A stretch of 64,000 nucleotides of DNA from positions 203,422,001 through 203,486,000 of the forward strand of contig NC_067403.1 in the NCBI RefSeq assembly GCF_016432865.1. The letters run 5' to 3'. The notes beneath the pieces are model-generated. The model saw only the letters and a program-made list of their open reading frames with translations. It was not told where the DNA came from and ran no database searches. Origin of the DNA: Antechinus flavipes (lineage: Eukaryota). How positions within the stretch are numbered: position 1 is the stretch's first letter; each line of letters opens with the position of its first letter. A program made the translations under genes and the position numbers. Positions 41,096 through 54,299 of this stretch are shown here, piece by piece.

Positions 41096-44000
41096 AGCTG
41101 AATATAATTCAAGTCCCAAAGGTCATTGACATGGGAATTTTTCTTCAATGGTGGAGATCAATGTCCCATGCCTACTTGAGGATCAGGTTGGAATTGTCAG
41201 GAGCAGGTAAGGGAAGAATCCCACTTTCTTCAGGCTCTGTAATTACTTTAGGTGCTTCTGATTTCCAATTTTGATTTTTAAAAAAGGTACATGATGGCAA
41301 CTCCATTTCAGGTTGCTAAAGAAAAAATAAAACTCTAGGAAGAGGAAACAGGAGAGGAACTGGCAATTGTCATCATATTCCTATTGCCAACTTACTATAC
41401 AAGAGACTTCAAAGAATTTCACCTTGAATAAGATCTGAGACTTTCTTTCTTGATGAAATGGAATTTTCTTGTCTCCAAAACACTCTATTTTGTCTTACAC
41501 ATATTCTCTTATGTGTATTTTCTCAGTGTCTAGTTTACTAATAACTTTCATAAATAGTTTTTTTGGTTGTTTTGTTTTGGTTTTTTGTTATTCACTCTCA
41601 AAGAAGTTAAGCCTTAGATATAAAGTTGGCATCCTTCTTTCTTCATTAAAAAACAGTGATAAGTTTAGCTTAAACCTAAAAAAAACACATCCCCTACACT
41701 GACAATATTTAAGAGAACAAATATATTTATTTCTAACCCAGGATCCTTTTCCTTTGAGGAAATCAGGATAGCCAAACTTCTGGCCCTAACTTTTTGCTGC
41801 CTCTTCTGGCAGAAATTAAAGTCTCCCTTGGAGAATAATGGAAAGAGAGGAAGAAGAGATGGTAAAGGTGAATATATTTTGGCCTCCCTGTGAACCATAC
41901 CTAATACCCCTTGATATATGTGGAAGACAGTCTTCACTACACAAACAAGGAAGCAATGAAAAAGCTAACATTTGACCCTCAATTTCACAGAACTAGTCAA
42001 AGGAGGAATGAATACAAATGCACAGAACACACACACACATACATATGTTGAGAACAGAATACATTTCACCAAACATGGAAACAGGAGGGTAAGAGAAGAA
42101 GAAAACAAGAAGAAACAAGAATTAGCATCCATTAGGGATTAGTCCTAAGCAAAAAAAAATTCTAATTAAGTATATACAAATTTATTTACATCTTTCTTGT
42201 GGTGACAAAGAATTAAAAGCTTAAAGGGTAATGGCTGAACAAGTTATGCTATACAAGCCTATTGTGCTATGAGAAATGATGAGGGCATAGTTTCAGAGAA
42301 ATCTGGGAAGACTTGCATGAACTACTGCAGAATGAAGTGAGCAGGACCAAAATAATAATTTATACAGTAACAACATTATTTAAAGACAAACAACTTTGAT
42401 AGATTCAAGAACTCTAATCAGCATAATGACCAACTATAATTCTAAAGTTCTCATGATGAAATAGGCTACCCACCCCCTGACAGAGAAGATAAGGACTCAA
42501 AGGGAAGATTATTTTTAACATAGTCAATTTAGTCTCTCAGAGAGTCTAGTTTGTAAAAGGGATTTTGTTTTCTTTTTCTCAATTAGGAGTAGGGAAGAAA
42601 GAGGCTGACTCTTTTAGAAATTAAATTTAATTTTTTTTAAATCCCCCCAGTGGAGAAATCCATTTACCCATGAAGATCAGCACCATCTCTGCAATTTACA
42701 TTCTTAGAGAATTTCTTAGAGTGCTGAGAGATTGTGAGGTATTCTTTTCACACAGCCAGTTTATGTCAGAGATGAAACTTAAACCTCAGTATTCCTTGCT
42801 TTGAGACTTGCTTGCTATGCCAGAGGTTCTTAACATTTGGTCTATGGATCTGAGCTTTTTTACATTTTAATCATTTTATTTCCATATAATTAGTTTCTTT
42901 TGTGATTTTATGCTTTGTATTTTATGTGTTTCCCCTAAGAAAGGAAACATAGACTTCACTAGACTAACAAAAAGCTCCATGATACAAAAAAAGCAAAAAA
43001 CTCTGCACTAGGTGATGATGTATCTCTTATTATAAATTTTATCATCTTAAATTACCTAGCATTGATTGACATAGCATAGTGAGAAACTAATTCAATTTTT
43101 CCTGATCAGTGAATCACAGACTTGTTCTCAATTCCAGACATAGAATATTAATTCTCTGGAGCTGTTAACTTGCTGATGAAATCTTATTTGAAACCTGGTA
43201 AGTCAGAGCAGCACCAGTAGCAGTAGTTTCACCAGTGAAATTCATCATCCCTATTTGAAGAAGTTTCCCCAGCTTTTCATCAGACATTTATTATAAGCAA
43301 TTTGTCTGATTTGAAGGCTTGTGAATACAGTGTTTGTACACCTTAAAGATAACAGAACCAAAAACAAATACCTTGGAAGTTTAAAGTAAAAATAATACAA
43401 ATCCAAAAGGAAAATCTTTATTAGAAATTATGCAATGCACATATGAAGTACAGCTGCAAGGATACTTAGCCTCTGAGCACAAAGACAAACATTATCAGTC
43501 TTTCATGAACGTGCACACCTAGAAACCATCAAAGGGAAGAGAAATAAAGAAGATATACTCCCGATTTCCAAGGTTTTATGTTTTTCACAAACCTACCCTG
43601 GCCATCTCTTCAGAGGATGTACTAGCCAGAGTCTCTTCCAGAAGCAATTTTGTCAGTTACCTAATTCGCTTCCTTTAAAAAAAAAATAAAAGCAAAAAGA
43701 AATAAATATTCAGAGAGGCTACATCACACAGTAAAGAAAGTACTGGGTTTGAAATTGGGAATATCTGGATTCAAACTCCATCTTTGATACTTAGAGTTTG
43801 TGTGAAAATGAGTGTCTAACTTAATTCTTGAGCCTGTTTAATTAGGTATCTTCCATCCCTAGAATCTATTAACCCTTCATCCATTCAGCATACATTGATT
43901 AAGCCCTTACAGTGTCAAGAACAGTATAAAAGAGATACAAAGTGGAGATCAAATGGAGATCAATCTCTACCTTCATGGAACTTAATACCCTAATAGGATG

Positions 44001-44942
44001 CTGAACATCATACAAGGATAACAATAATTCCTAGTTATTCATAACAAGTACATGAGCAATGATTAAAACAAGTGACTATTTGAGGTACCAAGGGGAAAAT
44101 CACTACTAACAGAGGATGATCAGGGAAGGCTTCCTTGAGGAAATGCCATTTTGTTTAATTTTTAAAGCAATTCACTAAGTGAAGGGAGATACCTCTTCCC
44201 TCCTGGTATTCTTTAAGTGCCAATTGAAAGTCTGTCTATAGGAAGACTTTCCCAACCTTTCTTAATTCTAGTGCACTACATAACTCTTAACAAGAGACTA
44301 GGGGACCTTTTGGGCTAAATTCATATAGACTCAATACTATACCAAATTTCCTGATGCATGGGAAAAAACCTTTGATCTAAAACCTAAGATAATAGAATTA
44401 GAGTAACAGGAGAATAAAAAGTCCAATTTCTTGATTTTTATAGAATAGGAAACTGAAACTCAGAGAGATTAAGTAATTTGTCCATGGCTACATAGTTCGT
44501 AAGTTTAGAGATAAGATTTAAATTCAAGTCCTCTTGGTAGCAAGGACAACATATTAGCCATCACCAGGGTAATACTTTGGCCATTATACCATGCTGTTTA
44601 TTCCCCTATTATCAGGTATGTTCATATGATAAGGTGAAGACTTGTTGTGCTACACAAAGTTCCATCAGTGAGTGTCATTCTTATGTTATAAAATCAGACA
44701 TAGATACATCCTTGAAATATCTTTCAGGCAGAGGCTTAAAAATACCCATATATGACCTGAAATGGGTTCACTACAATTCTGAATGCATCATACTATCATG
44801 GGCCAATTTGACCAAGGACAGGTACAGTACCTAATTCTACTGCATAAACATGGTATAGTATCAAAGACTTTTGGTTTTTAGTTAACTCTTTTTAATTACT
44901 TATTAGCTAGAGAATATAGTATATTGTTATAAAGATCAGTTG

Positions 44943-46002
44943 AGTTCCTAATCTTCTGTGGAACGCCCTCCAGATTTTCCCCATAAACTCTGTCCCTTTA
45001 ACACTATCTTTGCCAAAGGTCCATGTAATTTAACTAGACAGATGGATGGATAGATTGATATCTAAATAGACAAAATATGTGTCTAAATCTAAATATCTGT
45101 AGAAATTGTTCACAAAAGTAATTTTTTATAAAACTAAAGACTTATTGCAGATCTGTTACAAAATCCAGTTCTACTCAAAATCAAGTCTATAATACAAATG
45201 GCTAAGAATATAAATCATTTCTGGGTTCAAATCCTCCTCTTGGTTTATCTTTTCATATGCAATGTCCCACTGTCTATAATCATGTATCCACCTCCACAGA
45301 TAGGCTGTGTTCTGGTTCTAGCCCTCAGTGAAATTTCATCAAGTTTTATAAAATTCAAGTTAGGAATTCCTAGAATATAATATTAATATTTTCAGTGCCA
45401 AGGAGTCCTACTAAATTTTCATTGTGAGCCATGCTAATTCTCAATCCATTTAGTCCATCTGGCTTTAAAATAAATCCAGGTAATGTTATCAGAAACTAAT
45501 AGAAGGGATGTTTCTAAAACTCATAGTATAAAGTCAAAGTGACACATCACAGATGATATATCAATTACAAAGTAATCCTTTTTCTGCTTATAGTTATGAA
45601 AAATCAAAAATGCATCAGGGAAGTCAAGACATATTAGGTCAGAAAGTCAGTGAAGATATCATTTAAGAATGCTTAAATGTTGCCAACCTAGAAAGTTGAA
45701 AATTGCATCAATAGTATCCAAATCTAGTGTGGAAGGTTATCTCACATTCATCTCTAACCCTAAATTTCACAAGATCATACTTCCCCAGTTAATCCAGTTT
45801 ATAAATATTCCCCCCCAAAAAAAAATTGGCTGCTTTACCACATCTCTCATCACTCACACCTGGCTCCTACCACTATTCTAAGACCCAAAGAATAAGATTG
45901 TCTGTCCCTGAGATGGAAGTGGTCAGGTAAATTGCTTTCTTCGTTTTTATGAGGGAGTTTATGGGAAAAGTCTAGAGGGCATTCCACAGAAGATTAGGAA
46001 CT
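44943..46002. repeat. 48-bp inverted repeat pair (44943-44990 and 45955-46002)
   Basis: 44/48 identity between arm 1 and the reverse complement of arm 2, aligned by hand. Confidence 0.9.
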
Positions 46003-47053
46003 GAATATACAGTTTTCACTGGTCATGATAATTTAGTGGGTAACTCTACTCATGGAGCAGAAAATTCCCATAGATGAGAGCTTTCCCTAATCCGAGCGCA
46101 GTAGAGCTTCTAAACATCATATAAATCCAGATCCCTTGTTGATATTTGGTATACTTTGTCCTTCCTTGTTTCTATCAATCTTGGAAAACTCAAAGATTGA
46201 GTTTAATTCAAACTGAGAAGGTTCCTGCTTGAGAAATTACATAAACCCATATCCCATTCAATAAGGAGAGAGTTGTCCTGCCAAGTCAAACAGCACTTTG
46301 TCAAACCTGTCACACTGAGTACCCCCAATACATCCTTCTGAATTTCCCACTGCTCTTTTAGCATTGCCTGACAAAGGAGAGAAATTATTTCCTACTGCTT
46401 CTAAGAGGTCCTACCTTCTAGTCACCACATGTTCAGGTCTTTTGATGAAAAGACACTTTCTATTTGCTTACCATTTTCCTAGAAATATGAATCCTTGATG
46501 TCCCATAATCTATCAAAAACCCTCCATTAGTTTTCCCATCTCAGATGCCCTAAAGCATCTTTCCTGTGAAGGTGACCATAAAAGGGGATTTCTTCTATCT
46601 TTCTAAGTTTCTCTCTCCAGTCTCTGAACTGGGAATTCCTATCTCATTCTTTACTGGGTTCTATTCCCTGTCATGTTTGTTCTGATTCCAAATCTCTGTC
46701 AAAACTACATTTTCCATCCATTTCTCTAATTTGTCACTGAGTTGCATTGTTATTAATTAGCCTTTCTAAATGTTGTGATCTCATATCCTCTGCTAATCAA
46801 TCCTGAAGATCTTTACTTGAACAGCTCCTAAATCACACTCAGCACTGGGTCTTCTCAGCCAAAAACAGCTTGTAGCTGACAAGTGAAAACACATGTCTAT
46901 GTTTTCAATTAATGGCCTTTAAACCTATCTCATCTATATTCCTCTGAATGTACCCAAAGATCATGAGAAATTCAGATTGGTTATTCCCTTAACAAGAAAC
47001 TTCCTTTATCTATTACCATTAAAATCTAGTCTTAATCATTCATGTTCTTTCCA

Positions 47054-47091
47054 AACACACACACACACACACACATACACACACACACACC
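47054..47091. repeat. (CA)n microsatellite
   Basis: Seen directly. Confidence 0.95.
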
Positions 47092-47209
47092 AACAAAGGC
47101 TATTTGTATTAGATTAGTGGCAAATTGGAATGGTTGCATCTTAAAGACCAATTCATGGTGGCCATAAAACCAGTTTTTTCACCATCTATGGAAAAAATGA
47201 GGGAAGAAA

Positions 47210-47660
47210 CTATAGCAGAGATATCATTGCACCCTTTCAGATTGATTAAAATGTTAAAGGGGGAAATGACAAATATTGGAGGGGATGTGGAAAATTTGGG
47301 ACAATATACTCTGATGGTGGAATCATGAACTGAACCAACCATTTTGGAGAGCAATCTGGAATTATGCTCATATAATTACAAAACTGTCTATTCCCTTTGA
47401 CCCAGAATATCACTAGTAGGTCTGTTTCTCAAATAGGTCCCACAAAAAGATTATAGTATCTCTCCGGGGACAAAAAAAAAACCCTAGAAATTGGGAGGAT
47501 GCTCATTAGTTGGGGGATGGATAGCAAGTTGTGGTATATGATTGTTATGTAATACCCTGTGCTGTAAGAAATGATGAGCTGTTTGATTTTAGAAACACAT
47601 GGAAAAATTTGCATGAAATAATGAAAAACAAAGTAAGCAGAATAATGAGAATTCAGTATA
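47210..47660 (+). mobile_element. Old L1 ORF2 C-terminal fragment
   Basis: HPFRLIKMLKGEMTNIGGDVENLG... (ORF 47125-47328). Confidence 0.75.
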
Positions 47661-48178
47661 CAAGAACAGGTCACACGAACTAGGTATACCAGAAGATAGA
47701 ATGGGGACCCAGAAACCTGCAAATGAATCCCAGAGGTGATTTGATTTTTGACTTCTGCACTTTCCTGTATACCAGTCTGAGAATTTCACAAGAGTAAGAG
47801 TGTTAAGTTATACAGCAGTACTGAAAGAAAAAGAAACCTAGCCTAAATAAATTACTCTTTCTAAACTCAGGTGCATTTGGAGCCTTCAAAACACACCCAC
47901 TGTTGTGTGACCCTAGATGTGCTCTTCAACTATCCTATGTATTGCCAATAAAAGCAAGGAATGAAAGGGCACTACAAGTATATAGTTTGCCTACAACAAA
48001 ATGCATTCTGTACCTGGAGCCAATATATACCATGCTGTTCAGAGATAGGATGTTTAGTCAAGCTTTCATTCTGCTGTTCAGGGGTTAGCTAGGGGTTGAA
48101 ATTAATACTTTCTTCTTTGATTGGGAATCTGGATAGTGCCAATATAAGGAAAAGGAATGATTTTCTCTTCATACATAC

Positions 48179-48344
48179 CAGTATCATTAATATGCTGTTT
48201 GATCCAGTCAGTGAAAACAGTGACACTAGTGTAGACACCTGGATAATTAATCCTTCCACAGCCAAAGCCCCAGCTGGTTATCCCAAAAAGGGCATAAAGA
48301 CCTGAATCTTCAAGGGAGCAAACCAAGGGACCACCTGAGTCACC
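48179..48344 (-). CDS. OVCH2: OVCH2-like exon with catalytic Ser (GDSGGPLVC...SWGFGCG...YPGVYT...WIKQHINDT)
   Basis: Acceptor atgcttag, phase 0. GDSGGP, SWG and PGVY motifs. Putative phase-1 donor G|gtatgt at 48178. Read-through would instead stop at 48102. Confidence 0.92.
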
Positions 48345-48706
48345 CTAAGCATATGAAAGGGAAAAAATGTTAAATAATAAGGATGAGTAGCTTAAAGAAT
48401 TAGAATGCCACAGGGGATCTTATTCCAATGTGTCTTACTGAGTCTAAAGGAACACATTAAGAACGGCCCTTGCAGTCTTATCTCATTTCCTGTTTCTTCT
48501 AAATTCCCAGCCAAAAGAAAAAAATAGTGCAAAAAGATCATCTCCTTTCTTTTAGCTCTGTCTCCCCACCATACCCTGAAATGGAAATTTTCTAAGAGTT
48601 CTCTGTGCCCTTGGAGGGAGAATTCTTTGGAAAAAGCTCAGCTATCCAAAATTAATCAACAGAGATTGGGTGTGTGGTTTGAGAACTGAATATGACATGA
48701 GCTTAC

Positions 48707-48858
48707 TGAGCAAGAATCCTTGTCTCCTTTAGAAGGGAACCCAGCACAGAACATCCTCTGAGATACCCCCACAGAGAGATTTTGATAATATTCCTGACAC
48801 ACATCAGAATCAAGGATAGGAACTTCAAGTTGCTGTAATTTGTTGGATTTTTCTCCAT
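48707..48858 (-). CDS. OVCH2: OVCH2-like internal exon (DGEKSNKLQQLEVPIL...MFCAGFPSKGDKDSCS)
   Basis: Acceptor acctttcag, donor TCA|gtaagc, 152 nt, phase 1 to 0. LQQLEVPI, CAG and D189-S-C motifs. Confidence 0.93.
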
Positions 48859-49667
48859 CTGAAAGGTAAAACATTTTGGGTTTTCTTTGTTGTTGTTGTT
48901 GTTAAAGACCAAAAATGCTACCTTTACCACCGTGGCCTCTAGAATTTGGTCCTAATATAATCCACTCAATGACCCAGACTGAGTTCATTTCAGCTTCTAT
49001 CATCCCTCTCGTCTTTACACATCAGCTCCAATTCCCTCTGCAAAGACCAGGAAATTTATCTTCCTCCACTACAATCTCTAGTTCTCACTACCTCTTATCC
49101 CTTTATCCATTCTGCTCTTGCAAGATTCTTCTGCCTAGCCAACCTAAATCTTCCCCCTTTCCCTGTTCAGCACTCATTAAGACGATATCTCTCCCAGTTC
49201 CATATGTTACCAGATTATCCAAACTCCCCTTTGAATGATCCATTCAGCATTCTGGGAAGGGACATTCAAAAACGTGTTAAGGGCCAGAAGAAACTGGAGG
49301 CTCTATGCCATAAGATTGAAGCACAACTCCATATATATTTTAAGAAAACTGGAGACACTGCTCTGGACTTTAAGAAGAGTATTTTAAAGGAAAAACAATT
49401 GTCCTTGCCCACAAATTACCTCAGTTAGAGACAAAACACTGAACTAAATGGACACAGTGTGGTCTGACTGAGTGGGGTCCCTTCCCACAGAAGCAGAGCA
49501 GGAAGGAGTATTTGTGGTTGTATATGAACCATAGTTCATATTGGCATGAGTAGAAACGAACAGAATGGCCATGCTTCAAGGACTGATGCTATTAGGTGGA
49601 CAATAGCTAGCTCCCTATGAAGCTGTTCTACATGTGGACAAAATAGAAGAAAAGATTTCATACAGAC

Positions 49668-49863
49668 CTAGATTATCAATCCCCCATCCAGTGACCACAC
49701 ACATGCTGGATGATGGTATTTCTTGACCTTTCTCAGGAAGACACACTGGATGAACATAGTGATTGAACTGAAATGGTTCAGTCATTTGCAAGAGAGCAAT
49801 ATCATAGTCCATTGTGGTTCTGTCAAAGGCTGGATGAATCAAAATGTGTTTTATTGATCTTTT
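49668..49863 (-). CDS. OVCH2: OVCH2-like internal exon with catalytic Asp (KRSIKHILIHP...DYDIALL...PVCLP...VTGWGIDNL)
   Basis: Acceptor cctcttag, donor G|gtctgt, 196 nt, phase 0 to 1. DIALL, PVCLP and TGWG motifs. Confidence 0.93.
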
Positions 49864-50875
49864 CTAAGAGGAAAAAAGCAAAATGAGAAACCTTCCAAAG
49901 TAATGGGCCCAACAACAAGTTACTACTGACTCAGTACTTAACTGAAGTTCAAGACATACAAATGTTGAAAGCAACATAACCATCCCACTACTGCAAAACT
50001 CCGACTTATAGAATTGAGTGTTTGACTATTTTTTCATCATTTTTGATCCATAATCTTGATTCCATGAATATGTAGAAGCTTTTGAGAATCTTCTAACAGT
50101 ATAAATTAATAATTGATCATTATAGATATAGAGTCGGAAAAAGAGATCATTTAGTCCAAGCCCACATTTTACAAGAGAAGAAACTGGGATGCATAGGTTA
50201 ACTGACTTTTTTTAACACACAATTGGTGTTTGTGACAGGTTTCAAACACAGGTGCTTTGACAATAAATCTAGAACCCCGTTCACTCTGAGGGTGTAGGAT
50301 ACTCCCATTTGAGAAAATGTTATTTTTGTGTCATTGGAAAAGGATGGCCTAGTAATTAACTTCCCATGGTCACATGGGAATGTGTCAAAGTCAGTATCTG
50401 ATTCTTAAGTCAAGACCATAACCACTACACTATACTGTCTCTCAGCACTGCCTCTATCATCACTAATAGACTAGGGACTGGAATTTTGATTTCATGATTG
50501 TAGCAAACTCCCACAAAAGGAAATTCCTCTACCCCCAAAAATGGGCACCTTCTATGCAAGTAACTTGTCTAGAACCAAATAATCAAGATGTGTCAGAAGT
50601 AAAATTTCAACCAGTCTTCCTGGCTCCTGCTGTAACTCTTTACCCACTATCCACCTGTCATATCATCACTAACATGAGAATTCAATGCCTAAAATCTCTT
50701 GCCTGAAGTTAGAACTACCTCTAGAGTTCAAAGAGAATATGCAATAGAAGATGACAACTGGGGCTAAAACATGTCCATTTCTGTCTCTTGCCACATGTCA
50801 GCACTAAATGCATTCAAGTTGCATGGTACCCAGATAGTATTAATCTGTGGGGTATTTGAGAAATATTCCTTTTAA

Positions 50876-51010
50876 TGTGACGATCACGCTAGCACCCAGG
50901 ACACCCAGAATCAGCCAGGGTCAGGATAAGCAAAAGTCCTTAGTCTTTATTCTTGTGCTTTAGGGATAGAAGTAAAGGGGATGGAAGCAGAATCTCCGCA
51001 GCCTTCTTAT
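50876..51010 (-). mobile_element. Truncated ERV LTR 3' end
   Basis: TG terminus (CA on the minus strand), AATAAA on minus at 50946-50951, retained CpGs. Confidence 0.5.
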
Positions 51011-51469
51011 TAGTCCTAAGTGCTTGAACCGACTTCAGTGCAATGACTCAAGAGTTTCAGCCCTCTACACTTTTCAGGGCTAAGATTTTAGGGACAGAGA
51101 CATAGGAACCATATCACTGTGAAGAAAAGTTTCTAGGAGCTGAGAGCCAAGGCATAATAGATCTAGTGAGCAAATCTTGTTCATCCATATAAATTTGAAC
51201 AGTAAAATCATCAAAAACTCCTACAGCACTCCCAAATCCCTGAGTAGCAACCTGTTGTGAGTCAGATTGGCTGCATCCTATAAGTGCTCTAATGGAAAAT
51301 GAGATTTCATAAAAGATACTGAATTTCTGGGTTATCTCTTTTCCAGTTCAAAGATCAAAGGCATTTTCCTTTAGCATTCTAAGCAATGCAATGGCCAGCC
51401 ATGACAATTGAAGTCTTTCATCTCTTTTATATCATGTCCCTGATCTAGACTTGTGATGTTTCCCATATT

Positions 51470-54285
51470 CTTTTCCCCCTTTTTATTTTATTTTTTCCCA
51501 ATTACATGTAAAAGCAATTTTAATATCCATTTTATATATATTTGAGCTCCAAATTCTCTCCCTCCCTTCCTTGCCCCCTCATTGAAAAGACCAACAATTT
51601 GATATAGGTTAAATCTGTACAGTCATTTAAAAAAACATATTTCCATATCAGTCATGTCATAAAAGAAAAAAAACCAAAACAAAGAAAAATAAAGTTTAAA
51701 TATATACATATACACCTTGATATGCATTCAGACTCCTTCAGTTCTTTCTTTCTAGTGGATAGCATTTTTTTACCATAAGTAAAAATTCTTTCTACTGATG
51801 GATCATTCTATTGATGAGAATTGCTAAGGCATTCACAGTTGATCATCAAATAATATTACTGTTACTGGCTATCAGATTCTCATAATTCTGCTCATTGTTT
51901 ATGTTCATATATGTCTTTCTAGGCTTTTCTAAGAACATCCTACTTGTCATTTCTTATAAAATAACATCATAATCATATATCACTCATTCAACTCTTCTCT
52001 AATTGATGGGCATCCCCTCAATTTCCAAATTTCTGCCACCACAAAAAAAGCTACTTTAAATATTGTTATGTATAGAAGTCCTAATCCTTTTTTGTTTTTA
52101 TTTCTTTGGATACAGACCTATTATGTATTACTGAGTCAAAAGTTAATATAGTTTTATAATCCTTTGGGCACAGTTCTTAATCAGTTTACAACTCTACCAA
52201 CACTGCATTAATGTCTAATTTTCCACATCACCTCCAATATTTGTCATTTTCTTTTTCTATCATATCAATCAATCTGATAGGTGTAAGGTGATTCTCAGAG
52301 TGGTTTTTATTTGCATCTCTCTAACCAAATGGTGACTTAGAGCACTTTTCCATATGACTATAGATAGCTTTTATTACTTCATCAGAAAATTGCCTATTCA
52401 TATCTTTTGATCTTTTGTCAATTGGGGAATGACTTGCATTTATGACTTCGTTTTCTATTATGTTTGAGAAATGAGACCTTTATCAAAGAAACTTGCATAT
52501 TTTTATTATTAATTGCATATTTACTTCTATCTTATTTCCCCCCATTTATTCTTCTCTTTCTCTCCTTTTATCCTGTCTAGCTTCAAAAGTGTTTTGTTTC
52601 TGGACATGATATTTCCCAATCCCATCCTCTCTTTTATCATCCCCTGACCCTTCTCTTATTCCCTTCTCCTACTGCCTTACTGTAAGGTAGTATACATTTC
52701 TATACCCAACTGAGTATATCTGTTACTCCCAATCCAAGACAATTCCAATGAGAGTAACATTTAAGCACTTCGTCCTTCCCCTATCTTCCCCTCTACTGTA
52801 AATGATTTTTTCTTGCCTTTTTTCTATAAAATAATTTACCCCATTCTATCTCTCCTTCCCCCTTTGCCCAGGGCATTTCTCTCTCACCCTTAATTTTGTT
52901 TTTAAGATTCATCCCATTATATTGAACTCATACCTCTGCCATATATATCTATTTCTACATAGATATAAATAAATAGATATGCTTCTTCTAACTGCCCTAA
53001 TAATGATAAAGTTCTCAGGAGTTATAAATATCATCTTTCCATGTTAAAACTATAAACAAACTAACCTTATTGAATCCCTTATGATTTCTCTTTCCTATTT
53101 ACTTTTTTATACTTCTCTTGGGTCTTATATTTAAAAGTCAAATTTTTATTCAGCTCTGGTCTTTTCATCAGGAATACTTGAAAGTCTTCTATTTCATTGA
53201 ATATACTTTTTTTACCCTGAAGGATTATACTGTTTTGCTTGGTAGGTGATTCATAATTCTAACTCCTTTGCCTACTAGAATAACATATCCAAGCCTTCTG
53301 ATCTTCGAATGTAGAAGCAGCTAAATCTTGCATTATCCTGACTGTGGCTCCATGATATTTGAATTGTTTCTTCCTGGCTGCTTGCAATATTTTCTTCTTG
53401 ACCTGGCAGCTCTGGAATTTGGCCATAATATTTCTGGGAGCTCTTATTTTGGGGATCTCTTTCAAGAGGTATGAGTAGATTCTTTCAATTTTTATTTTAC
53501 CCTCTGGTTTTAGAATATCAAGGCAGTTTTCCTTGATAATTTCCTGAAATAGTCTGCCTCTAACTTTAAACCTACTAATCCTAATTATGATTCTTTTTAT
53601 CCTGCTAATTTTCTTATATATAATGTTCTTTAAAGTTTTGTGCAGGTAGAAAAAAAGTGACTGCTTTATGTAACTGAATAAAGGCATTAGGATGTAAAAT
53701 CATCTTCTATAGGTAGACTGAATATCTGTGAGATACTTCTAGTGATTGTTAGAATGCTAAAAAATAATGTCCTGTTTCTATCTGCTTTTTTCTTTCTTCT
53801 GCCAGGTCTCTACATTTAGAAAGTTTTATAATTTTGCTATCATAAATATTATTTACAAAAGGTTTTGTCCTGTACAAATGCCACTGATTAGTATTATTAT
53901 AATCATCTTGTTTGATGTAACAACCCTATGTGATGGGTTCAACAAGACAACCATTGTCTTTTGACAGAAAAGGAAAACTGAGGCTTGGATATATCATATG
54001 ACATAACTATAATAAATATTCAAAGTATGAAAAAGATAATTTCTTGAAATATGATGTGTAGTGCCTTTTTTTAATCATGGTTTTCAAGTAGTATAATAAT
54101 TCTTAAATTATCTCTCTTTGTGATCAGCTTGGTCGTTTTTTTCAATAAAATATTTCACATCTTCTATTTTTTCATTCTTTTGATTTTGTTTTGTTGTTTT
54201 TTAAGCTCTCACAGAGTCATTAGCTTGCACTCGTCCAATTCTAATTTTTAAGGAATTATTTTCTTTTCTGAGCTTTTGTACCTTC
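51470..54285 (-). mobile_element. L1-derived element: ORF1, inter-ORF and only the tail of ORF2 (HAL1-like), interrupted at about 53570-54050
   Basis: ORF 53259-53687 encodes L1 ORF1 (KILQAARKKQFKYHGATVRIMQDLAAST). The ORF2 start-like region is joined at about 52500 to C-terminal ORF2 (SF.DKGLIS). Confidence 0.75.
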
Positions 54286-54299
54286 TTGGGCCAAAGATA

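Noticed and set aside
53259-53687. 142-aa ORF
   Set aside because: L1 ORF1 remnant, not a host gene.
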